Made by a program: the position numbers and the translations under genes. From positions 5,895 through 69,894 of the forward strand of contig JAYKHY010000064.1 in the NCBI GenBank assembly GCA_035285025.1: a DNA stretch of 64,000 nt, written 5' to 3'. The notes under the pieces were generated by a model. The model was given only the letters and a program-made list of their open reading frames with translations. It searched no databases and was not told where the DNA came from. Shown in pieces: positions 9,268 through 18,400 of this stretch (the first letter of the stretch is position 1; each line of letters begins with the position of its first letter). Origin of the DNA: Vampirovibrionales bacterium. Its GTDB lineage: Bacteria > Cyanobacteriota > Vampirovibrionia > Vampirovibrionales > JAJTHC01.

Positions 9268-11130
9268 ATGACCTCGATTTCTTCAGACGCTTCTTTGACC
9301 TCGATTTCACCAGAGTCGCTCATCCAGCCCCGGCAGGCCGTGCTAGCCCTAAGCGCCTACAAACCTCCGCTAGAAGGGCGTACGGGTAAAATTCGGCTGG
9401 ATTTTAACGAAAACACGGCGGGCCTGGCCGAGCTGATGCCTGAGGCGCTACGCCCCCTGGGCGAAGCGTTTGGGATTTACCCCGAGTACGAGGCGCTTAC
9501 GCAGCAAATGGCTGCGCAGTACGCCCTGCCTGGCGCCGAATGGTTACTGCTGACGAACGGCAGCGATGAGGGCCTGAGCGTACTGGCCAGCACGTTTATT
9601 GAACCTAAACAGGACGTGGCGCTAATTTGCCAACCGACGTTTCCGATGATTCCGCACAGTTTAAAACTGGCCGAAGCCAAATTGCTCGAGATTCCCCTGA
9701 CGCCTGAGTTTCAGTTTGATTTGTCAGCCATAGAGCAGGCGCTTAGCTCGCAGCCCGTTAAGCTGGTGATGCTCGCCTCGCCCGACAACCCCACGGGTGC
9801 TGAACTTGCGCCTGAGACGCTCGTGCGCTGGTTAAAACAATTCCCGCAAACGCTATTTATTATGGACGAAGCTTATGCGGGATTTAGCAGGGAGAAAGAT
9901 TCTTACAGGGAGGGAGCCCGAGGGAGGGAACGGCCCACGGCAAACGAGCAAACACTGAGCCTACTAACACAGAGCCAAAACCTCATCATCTCCCGCTCAT
10001 TCTCCAAAGTCTGGGCGCTGGCTGGCCTCCGGCTGGGGATTTTAATGGGCCAACCCTACCTGATGAACTACCTGAGCCGCGTACGATCGCCGTATAGCGT
10101 GAACGTAGCGGCCGTGGCCGTGGCGCAAACCATGCTGACGCACACAAACGCGGTGTCGCAGTCTGCGCGGGGCATTATGGCCCGCAAACCCGCGTTTATC
10201 CAAGCAATTCAGGCCCGGGGCTGGCGCACAAGCAGCGGCGGCGGAAACTTTTTTTTACTGGCGGCCGGGCGGCAGTTGCCCCAACTTTTAGCCGCTTGCA
10301 AACAGGCGGGCGTGTTGATTCGAAGCCAGGATGAAAAGCCGATGCTCAAAGGTTGGGCGCGCGTGACCGTGGGTACGGATGCCGAGAATCAGGCGTTTTT
10401 GGCTGTACTGGATTCGCTCCGGCAACAGCAGGCCTTGATTTTGGACTTGGACGATACGCTGGTTGATTGCAGCGAAAGCTTTACGGCGGTTGTCCACGCG
10501 CTTTACGCGCATTACAGCGGCCAGCCGCTCGCGCTGGATACACTCCAAACATTACGCGCCGAAGGCGGGTATAACGATGACTGGGTGACGACTTTAGAGC
10601 TTTTAAAGCGGGCTGGCTTAAAAACGCCCACGCTGGGTGGCTCTTCGACGCTTGGCGCAGCCGAAAAACCTTTACCCTCTTTGACTGAAATTGCAAAAGA
10701 AGGCGTGCGTCGGTATCTGGACGTTGCACCCAAAACCGAGTGCTTGCTGGTGGCTGATGCGACTTTAAAAGCGCTCGCAAAACGCTTCAGGTTGATGATT
10801 TACACCGGACGGCACCGGCCTGAATATGACCCGGTTTGGCGCGAACGATTGCAAGCGCTAATAGAAGACGTGCTATGCGTGGACGAGTTACCCTCGGGCA
10901 TGCAGCCCAAGCCCGCGCCGGATGGCTTAAACGTGCTGATGCAGCGCCATGGCTTAACAGGCGGCTATTATGCAGGCAACAATATCGATGATATGCAGGC
11001 AGCCACAGGCGCTGCGCTGATTGCCATTGGCGTCACGACCACCCAGCCAGAAGCTGTGCTTGTGGGCGCCGGGGCGGCCTGGTGCGTGAGCACCCTTGAG
11101 CAGTTAAGGGATGACTTTTTGCTACCGTAA
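9268..11130 (+). CDS. hisC: histidinol-phosphate aminotransferase fused to a C-terminal HAD-superfamily phosphatase domain
   Basis: The aminotransferase part has LDFNENT, DEAY and SRSFSKVWALAGLRLG (PLP lysine). The C-terminal 230 aa have HAD motif I DLDDTLVD, motif II IYTGR, motif III KPAPDGL and motif IV GNNIDD. Confidence 0.85.
   Translation: MTSISSDASLTSISPESLIQPRQAVLALSAYKPPLEGRTGKIRLDFNENTAGLAELMPEALRPLGEAFGIYPEYEALTQQMAAQYALPGAEWLLLTNGSDEGLSVLASTFIEPKQDVALICQPTFPMIPHSLKLAEAKLLEIPLTPEFQFDLSAIEQALSSQPVKLVMLASPDNPTGAELAPETLVRWLKQFPQTLFIMDEAYAGFSREKDSYREGARGRERPTANEQTLSLLTQSQNLIISRSFSKVWALAGLRLGILMGQPYLMNYLSRVRSPYSVNVAAVAVAQTMLTHTNAVSQSARGIMARKPAFIQAIQARGWRTSSGGGNFFLLAAGRQLPQLLAACKQAGVLIRSQDEKPMLKGWARVTVGTDAENQAFLAVLDSLRQQQALILDLDDTLVDCSESFTAVVHALYAHYSGQPLALDTLQTLRAEGGYNDDWVTTLELLKRAGLKTPTLGGSSTLGAAEKPLPSLTEIAKEGVRRYLDVAPKTECLLVADATLKALAKRFRLMIYTGRHRPEYDPVWRERLQALIEDVLCVDELPSGMQPKPAPDGLNVLMQRHGLTGGYYAGNNIDDMQAATGAALIAIGVTTTQPEAVLVGAGAAWCVSTLEQLRDDFLLP
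9904..9940 (-). repeat. copy of the 37-38 nt GC-rich palindromic repeat, inside hisC and in frame
   Basis: tacagggagggagcccgagggagggaacggcccacgg is the reverse complement of the family consensus. It is translated as YREGARGRERPT. Confidence 0.75.
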
Positions 11131-11205
11131 TCGTTTTTAGGGGCACTAAAATCTTATCGCAGGGTTTAAAGCATTTGTAATGTTTTAAAAACAAAGTTTT
11201 CGGCG

Positions 11206-12072
11206 ATGGATTTTAATATGTCAGCTAACAATGTTTTGGATGGCAAGCCATTGCCTACTGTGAAAAGAGCGACCAGGCCAGGGCAAGTGCCTATTCCTGA
11301 GGCGAACACGGTTCCGGCTCCGGTGATTGGTTTGGCCGATGCGGTTAAGCCGATTTGTTACACTGCATCGGAAGTAAAGCCCGACGGTACAACCATAGAG
11401 AAGTATTTTTTAGGCAACGCGGTCTCGTTGGGAAACGGTTATTATTTAACAAACAAACACGTTGTTGACCCGCTACCCAGTTATCTAAGCCTTAAGCTCG
11501 ATTATCCGCGCTCTACGGATGATCCAGGTCGTTGTGAAGGGGGCTTGACCGCAACCGTACAAAAAGTTTCTAAAAAGCACGACCTGGCGATAATAAAAAC
11601 GTCCGAGGGTGCCTCGGCGCCTGAAGCACCGTTAAGGCGCTCCAAAAACAAGATGCCTAAGTTAAAAGCTACAAAAATAGCTTATCTCGTCGGGTCTCAT
11701 CCGGATACGCCCGGAAAATCAGTTATCCCGCTAACCAAATCTGCAGATTGGCAACCGCAATGGATTAATCGTATGGTATACGGCTTGAGTCATGGCTTAA
11801 AAGCTGTTGGCTTAAAAGGGTTTACGCCCGAATATCTGAAATATGACAATAAAGCGTTGAAGTCTTATGCAATTGACCCCAGAGGATTGTCTGGAAGTGC
11901 TATTGTAGACGCTGACGGCAAGTTAATAACGCTTACGACCCAGGCAGAAGTGCGCCTAGGTTCCGACACTTTTTATGGTTCGTTTTATGGCGTTCAACCC
12001 AAGGATATCAAAGACTTTATAGCGCCGTATTTTAAACCTGAAGAGACCCCTTCTAAATCAATATCACCTTAA
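11206..12072 (+). CDS. trypsin-like (S1 family) serine protease-like protein
   Basis: Candidate catalytic triad contexts YYLTNKHVV (His), KKHDLAIIK (Asp) and GLSGSAIVD (Ser). The gene is visibly more A/T-rich than its flanks. No obvious signal peptide. Confidence 0.6.
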   Translation: MDFNMSANNVLDGKPLPTVKRATRPGQVPIPEANTVPAPVIGLADAVKPICYTASEVKPDGTTIEKYFLGNAVSLGNGYYLTNKHVVDPLPSYLSLKLDYPRSTDDPGRCEGGLTATVQKVSKKHDLAIIKTSEGASAPEAPLRRSKNKMPKLKATKIAYLVGSHPDTPGKSVIPLTKSADWQPQWINRMVYGLSHGLKAVGLKGFTPEYLKYDNKALKSYAIDPRGLSGSAIVDADGKLITLTTQAEVRLGSDTFYGSFYGVQPKDIKDFIAPYFKPEETPSKSISP

Positions 12073-12104
12073 TAGTACAATCTTTAAGCAATGAGTGATT
12101 TTTT

Positions 12105-12737
12105 ATGTCGTCTATATCCGATTCTTCGTCCCGAATCAGTCAAATCACGCGCAATACGCGAGAAACCCAGATCCAGCTGACGCTGAATCTGGACGCAACG
12201 TTTGTATCTGCGGGCGAACCGGCCGAAATCAATACGCCGCTGCCGTTTTTAAACCACATGCTCAATACGCTGGCCACCCACGGGCGCTTTGGCCTCAAAG
12301 TCCAGGCGACGGGCGATATTGAAGTTGATCCGCACCATTTGGTAGAAGACATGGGCATTACATTGGGTCTGGCCTTGCGTGAGGCCTTGATGCAAGACGG
12401 CAAACCGTATGCGGGCATCGAGCGTGCCGGGTGCTTTAGCTTTGCGATGGATGCCACCCAGGCGCAGGTGGCGCTGGATTTGTGTGGCCGACCGAATTTA
12501 CTCTGGCAGGTGCCGCTGATTGGCCAGCCACTGGGCACGCTGGACCCCAGGCTGTTTAGAGAGTTTTACAAGGGTTTTGCCGATGCGGCGCAAATCACGC
12601 TGCACGTGGTTGTGCCTTATGCCGATAATGATCATCACGTGATTGAGGCAGGGTTTAAGGCGTTTGCGCGCGCGTTACGCCAGGCGACACGCGTTTTGGA
12701 TGCTGGCGGCGTGATGAGCACCAAAGGGTGTTTATAG
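12105..12737 (+). CDS. hisB: imidazoleglycerol-phosphate dehydratase (monofunctional)
   Basis: RNTRETQIQL.LNLD, FLNHML..LA.HG, GD..VD.HHLVED.GI and DHHVIEAGFKAFARALR. At 210 aa it has no phosphatase domain. Confidence 0.95.
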   Translation: MSSISDSSSRISQITRNTRETQIQLTLNLDATFVSAGEPAEINTPLPFLNHMLNTLATHGRFGLKVQATGDIEVDPHHLVEDMGITLGLALREALMQDGKPYAGIERAGCFSFAMDATQAQVALDLCGRPNLLWQVPLIGQPLGTLDPRLFREFYKGFADAAQITLHVVVPYADNDHHVIEAGFKAFARALRQATRVLDAGGVMSTKGCL

Positions 12738-12753
12738 GGTTTTAATAGAGCAT

Positions 12754-12987
12754 ATGTTATCTAGTTCTCGTCAACACCAATTTATGCGCCAAAAACATCC
12801 AGAGTTATTACGCCTTTATGCAGAGGCTTCTGGGCAATCACTTAGGCAGCTTGAACAAAATGCAAGAACCATCGACAAATTCCGTATGGTTTTAGCTCAT
12901 AGCGCGGATATAGAGAGCGCTTCAAAAACGCTAAAAGCAGCTAACGCCTATAGAACTAGGATTACTGTAGATGCAATGGACACATGA
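12754..12987 (+). CDS. hypothetical small protein (uncertain)
   Basis: 77-aa ORF in an A/T-rich spacer. No motif. Confidence 0.3.
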   Translation: MLSSSRQHQFMRQKHPELLRLYAEASGQSLRQLEQNARTIDKFRMVLAHSADIESASKTLKAANAYRTRITVDAMDT

Positions 12988-13067
12988 CTAAATCATGCAC
13001 CCTTAAAAACAAGAGTTTTGACCGCCTTTTTACTGGCAACAGGTCTCTGGCGCCAAGGCGATATGAT

Positions 13068-13694
13068 TTATAATTCCTTGCAAATCCAACGTCGCAACAA
13101 GACACCATAACGCGCTTTACGAAGCCCCAGGCGTCTTGGACGCCAAAACTGCTCGCAATAGTTTTGCCAGCCAGCCGTAATGGCCACCCCGTGAGGATCG
13201 TTCGCAAAAACAATGCAGCATTCTTGGTTCACAGCCAACCCCCGGTAGGGTTCGCATTCGTTTATACCTGGCTCGCCTGGCTCATCTGACCCCGACTCAT
13301 CTGATTTAGACTGCTTTATCCGATACAGTAAGTGCCAATGCCAGTTAAACGGGGCCTTATTATAGATTGCCTGCCACCCTGTATAGCGTGCTTGTTGCCG
13401 GTAAGCTCCCAGCACCAGGTAGAGTCCGTCTTTGGCCAGTGCTTGCGCAATTTGATCAAACGAAGGGTTTCGAACAATTTGCGCGTTCAAATTAAAACGT
13501 CGTGCTGCGCGGGCTAGCATACCTGGCAGCATGCCCAGCCAGGGCGGTCGCTTGAGCAATGCATCGACCTGCGCCTGCGTGATGGGGGTTTGGTACAGCG
13601 CGGCCAGCGCCATGGCCAAACACGTTGTGCCGCAGCCGTTATCGCGCTGCTGGAGCAGCGGCGGAGCGGGGCGGATAAAGCGCATAGGGTCCAT
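13068..13694 (-). CDS. papain-like cysteine peptidase (C39-like domain) protein
   Basis: QQRDNGCGTTCLAMALAALY resembles the Cys motif of C39-like peptidases. A downstream His (WHWHLLY) is present. Confidence 0.55.
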   Translation of the reverse strand: MDPMRFIRPAPPLLQQRDNGCGTTCLAMALAALYQTPITQAQVDALLKRPPWLGMLPGMLARAARRFNLNAQIVRNPSFDQIAQALAKDGLYLVLGAYRQQARYTGWQAIYNKAPFNWHWHLLYRIKQSKSDESGSDEPGEPGINECEPYRGLAVNQECCIVFANDPHGVAITAGWQNYCEQFWRPRRLGLRKARYGVLLRRWICKEL

Positions 13695-13808
13695 AACGAT
13701 GTTTATTTTACCCGAGGTTCCTACTTAAAGTTCAAGCTTAATGCCCTCAAAACGATAGTCAATTCATGCGTTTTCCTGGGTATAGGCAATTTTGCGCAGA
13801 GAGGCAGT

Positions 13809-13846
13809 GCGAGGGCCGTTCCCTCCCTCGCGCTTCCTTCCCGGGT
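13809..13846 (+). repeat. copy of the 37-38 nt GC-rich palindromic repeat (intergenic)
   Basis: The sequence is gcgagggccgttccctccctcgcgcttccttcccggg. Confidence 0.8.
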
Positions 13847-14226
13847 TAAACTGACCCAAGAGCTTTTTTTAGCCCAAACGGACTCAAAAGCCTAAATATG
13901 CTATGATTTTAGCAACTTGAGCCGTGCCAATTAAACCTGTTGCCCTAGGCCGTGGCCGAGCGGTTAAATATTTATGCCGGGTAAATATGTAAGCGCTGTA
14001 ACGCAATTAAGTTGTTAAAAAAGCCCCCGGTACGTTTGACGGGCTAAAATTGTAAGCGTTTACGTAAAATGCTTAAAAAATTCGCACAAAAAGTGCTTGA
14101 GCGGGTTTGACGCCATTACAGACTGATTTAATCTCGACTAAAAAAATATATTGCTAAAAAAAATGGGTTAGAACGCCCTGGGGGCAGCGCCTGACTTCAA
14201 TCAACGGGGAGCCGGTTTAATCACGC

Positions 14227-15141
14227 ATGAGTACGCCAAGTCCGACTGCTACGAGATATTTCGCGCCGGGTGTTTTACCTGCTGGACTTTCGCAAGCGCC
14301 GCCCGTGTTGCCGCCGCATTTGATGGCACCGCACTTTTACGCGCAATACGGTGCTTTAAAACAGCCCGCAACGCCTGTAATCGCCAATGCGCTGCCGGTG
14401 CCGGGTTTGGGGCCTGTGGCTGGGCCCTCGCCTGCGGCTGCGGCGATGCCGATGGAAGCCCTGGTGCGCGATTCGGTTGAGTTGGCGGGTAAAAAACTGG
14501 TTCAGCAAGCCGAACATCTGAACCCTACACAGATGCAATCTGCTATTAATAAGGCTGTAATGAGCACGGGTAAGGTTGCGGCGGGCCTAACTAAAGTGGG
14601 GATTCAGGCGATTCCTGAGTTTCATAATCCGCTCGAAAAAGGCTGGCTGCGCCTGGTGGGGTTTTTTAATGAATTTGCAGAATCCGCCAAGGGCGTGATT
14701 CCACCGCAGTTGTATCGTCTGTTTTATGGCGTCGAGATGGCGTATACCGCGCTGGATTGCCTGAATACGCGTAAGCACGCCCTGACGCATCAGGATAATT
14801 TGTTGGAGGCGCAGCAAAAGCGCAAAGTTGCCGTGGGCGAAATGCTTAACACGCTGGGCAAGCAAGGCCTGGCTACGTTTTTGATTCCTTATGTTGTGAT
14901 TGAGAACTTTAAAAAAGTCGTTGAGCACGCCCTGGAAAATCCAAAACTGATGCAAAAGTTACCGGCAAAACTTGCTCAAGCTGTTACCAGTAAGGCGGGT
15001 AAAAAATTCATTCCGGTGCTGGCGGGCTTGTCCACGATTCCGTTGTTAACCCGCTACGTCGATCCGTTGGTGTTTGGCGGCTGCGATAAATTCTTGCGGC
15101 CGCTCGTCGGTGCCGCGCCTTTAGAGCAAGAGCCTCGCTAA
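14227..15141 (+). CDS. hypothetical protein with a proline-rich N-terminus
   Basis: 304-aa ORF. I recognise no motif. Its 3' end is part of the tandem repeat at 15109-15303. Confidence 0.55.
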   Translation: MSTPSPTATRYFAPGVLPAGLSQAPPVLPPHLMAPHFYAQYGALKQPATPVIANALPVPGLGPVAGPSPAAAAMPMEALVRDSVELAGKKLVQQAEHLNPTQMQSAINKAVMSTGKVAAGLTKVGIQAIPEFHNPLEKGWLRLVGFFNEFAESAKGVIPPQLYRLFYGVEMAYTALDCLNTRKHALTHQDNLLEAQQKRKVAVGEMLNTLGKQGLATFLIPYVVIENFKKVVEHALENPKLMQKLPAKLAQAVTSKAGKKFIPVLAGLSTIPLLTRYVDPLVFGGCDKFLRPLVGAAPLEQEPR

Positions 15142-15303
15142 GCCAGATTTGACATCGCAAGGGTTAATGCGCGGGTTCACCGACGCGTGTTACAACGCCG
15201 GGTGCCGCGCCTTTAGAGCAAGACCCTAGTTAAGCCAGATTTGACATCGCAAGGGTTAATGCGCGGGTTCACCGACGCGTGTTACAACGCCGGGTGCCGC
15301 GCC
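15109..15303. repeat. 92-bp tandem repeat (2 full units plus an 11-bp third start) covering the stop region of ORF 14227..15141
   Basis: Units start at 15109, 15201 and 15293, each with GGTGCCGCGCC. Units 1 and 2 differ at 3 of 92 positions, all within the last three sense codons. Confidence 0.9.
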
Positions 15304-15442
15304 GCTGGAAGCACAACGCTAATAGGTGTTTACTGGCTTTTTAAAAGTAGTGTTTATAATTAGCGGCGTTTTAATTTTTATTAGGGGTTGTATGAGAGAC
15401 GCCTCAGGTTTCTGCAGCAAGCAGCGCTGAGTATTCCACAGG

Positions 15443-18400
15443 CTAAACCTCGAGCCAGCTGGGGCCCACGCTGACATCTACAATCAGCGGCACGCGCAGC
15501 GGCTTCTGAGCATCGTCGAGCTTCATCGCCCAAAGCACCTGCTTGGTTACGTCGTCAAGGGCGGCTTGCGGGGCCTCTAGCACCAATTCATCGTGTACCT
15601 GTAGCAGCAGTCGGGCCGGACTTTGCGTCTCGTGTAATTTTTCGTGCAGGCGGTTCATGGCCAGCTTGATTAAATCGGCCGCAGAACCTTGCAGGGGCGT
15701 GTTAAACGCGGCGCGCTCGGCAAACTCCCGAATGTGCCGCACGGGGCTCTCTAGCGCCTCTTTAAGCCAGCGACGGCGGCCATATAGCGTTTCAACGTAG
15801 CCCTGGCCGTGCGCCAGTGCCTTGGTTTCTTCAATAAAATCGCGCACGCGCGGGTAACGTTCAAAATATTTATCAATAAACGCCTGCGCCTCGAATCTTG
15901 GCACGCCCAGTTGCTGCGATAATCCGTGCGCGGTTTGACCGTAAATCACGCCAAAGTTTACGGTTTTAGCCTGGTAGCGCATGGTTTTGGTCACGTCTGC
16001 CAGCGGTACATCAAACACCAGGCTGGCGGTGCTGACGTGTACATCCTGCCCGTTTTGGAACGCCTCAATCAGGTGCGGATCTTCCGAAAAATGCGCCAGC
16101 AGGCGCAGCTCGATTTGGGAGTAATCGGCCGAGATTAAAAAATAGGGCTGATTAGCGTCTAAAAGTCCATCCTGATGTGGGGTGCGTTCCCTCCCTCGCA
16201 CTCCCTTTCCGGAGGGAATAAACGCGTGCCGGATTTTTTGCCCCACCTCGGTTTTAACCGGAATATTCTGCAGGTTGGGCTCGCTGCTAGAGAGCCTGCC
16301 CGTGGCGGCAATCGTCTGGTTCAAGCTGGTATGCACCCGGCCCGATTTGGGATGCACCAGCTGCGGCAACGCATCAATGTACGTGCTTTTAAGCTTGAAT
16401 AGCTGCCGGTATTCCAGCAGTTTACCTACCATCGGGTATTCTGGGGCCAGTTGCTCTAGTACTTGGGCGTCGGTGCTAAAGCCGGTTTTGCCCGCGGTTT
16501 TTTTGGTGGGTTTAATGCCCATGCGCTCAAATAAAATCTCGCCCACTTGTTTGGGCGAATTTAAATTAAACGGCAGGCCGGCCAGCGCGTGGACTTCGGC
16601 TTCTAGCTGGGTGAGCTGCTCGCCCAGTTGCTGCGAGAGTTCGGCCAGATAGCTCGTGTCAATCGTGATGCCAAGGCGTTCAATGGCCGATAACACCTCG
16701 ACCAAAGGCAATTCAAGCTCGTAGAGCAAAGCATTCAGGCCCGCGTTGGCTTGCTGGGCAAGCTCTGTTGCAAAACTTTCGGCCAGCGCAAGCGTCACGT
16801 AAACATCGCTTGCGGCATACGGAGCGCCTTGCGCAATAGGCACTTGGCTAAACAGAATCTGTTTTTTCCCGCTGCCAATCAGCGTGGTAATATCCTGCAG
16901 AATCAGTCCCAGCAGGTCGCTGCCCAGGGCTTTAAGGCCGTGGCGGCGCTCGGGATTCAGCACGTAACTGGCTAGCATGGTATCGAACCACAGGCCCTGG
17001 CATAGGTCTGGATTGATATTTTTTGGGCTTGGATTTTCTGGATTTATCGCTTCGGCCTGTTGCAGTCCCCATTCGTTGAGTACGCTGCGCTCGTATTTGG
17101 CGTTGTGCGCTATTTTAATAATGTACGGGTCTGCCAGCAGCGGTGCCAGTTTCTGGAGTACGGTTTTCGGCGTGAGTTGCGGCGTTTTTCCTGATGTTTC
17201 GTCATTGGTTTCGTCTGCCACATGCCCGACCGGCACATAAACGATTTCGAGGCGATCAGTCTCAGGTGTTGGGCTATCAGGTGTTGCGCTAAGCTCGGTT
17301 GCCTGTGGGTTTACATGCAGGGCAACGGGCTGGCAAGGCAAACACGCTAGCTGCAACGGATTTTTAGGCGTGTAGCCTGTTTTAGATAACGCCTTGCTCC
17401 AGCCAAGCGCGTAGCCCACGGGCTGAATCGTAAGCGGGTCCAGGCCGGTGGTTTCCAAGTCTATTGCCAGCACGCCTTGCGCTTTGGCGCGGGCTAAAAA
17501 CGCGTCAAGGTCGGGCTCGGTTGTAACAAGTTTAAACGGCGGGCTAAAGGGCGCTGTAGGCGCAGATGAAAAAGCCAAAAGCTGGTGCTGAAGCGTTGCC
17601 TCTGCACTGGCACTATTCTGTGCTTGTGTGCCGCTTGCAAGTAGCTCGGGCGAATTCGGGTTTGATGCGCTTTGCGCCGGCGCGTCTGCCGCCGTTGCAT
17701 TGGCGGCGTTCGGCGTCTGGGGCGAAATAGATTCTTGCGTAAACGGTTTAAGTAACTGCGGCGATTGCTGTAAAAACGTTCTGAACTCGCATTTCTTCAG
17801 AAAATCCACCCAGTGCTGCCACACCGGAATATGCAATTCAAGGGCCTCTAGCGTCGTGGTTGCCTCGGGTACATCGCACTTAATTTGCGCAAGCGTTTGG
17901 CTCAGGTAAGCTTGCGCTTTGTGGGTGATTAATTTTTCGCGCAGTTTGTCGGGTTTAATCTGGTCGATGGCGTTGTAAATGGCATCGAGCGTGGGGTACT
18001 CGGTGAGTAATTTGCACGCGGTTTTTTCGCCAATGCCTGGTACGCCCGGAATATTATCAGAGGTATCGCCGCGTAAGGCCTTGTAATCTACGACCTGCTC
18101 GGGTTTAACGCCCAGTTTCTCGAACACGGCAGCTTCGCCGTAGCGCTTGAGGCCTTCTCGCGGCGTGCGCGAGGGAATCAATACCTGAATCTGCCCGGCG
18201 TGAGTTGTGTTGTCGACATCGTGCACCAACTGGAAGGCGTCTTGATCGCCGGTAAGAATTAGTACTTCGGCCTGGTGCTGTTGCGCAAGCTGTTTGGCCA
18301 GCGTGCCGATGACATCGTCAGCCTCGACGCCGGACACCTGAAACAGCGGCATGCCCAAGGCGTTTACGCCCTCCAGAATCATGGCCATTTGCACTTTCAT

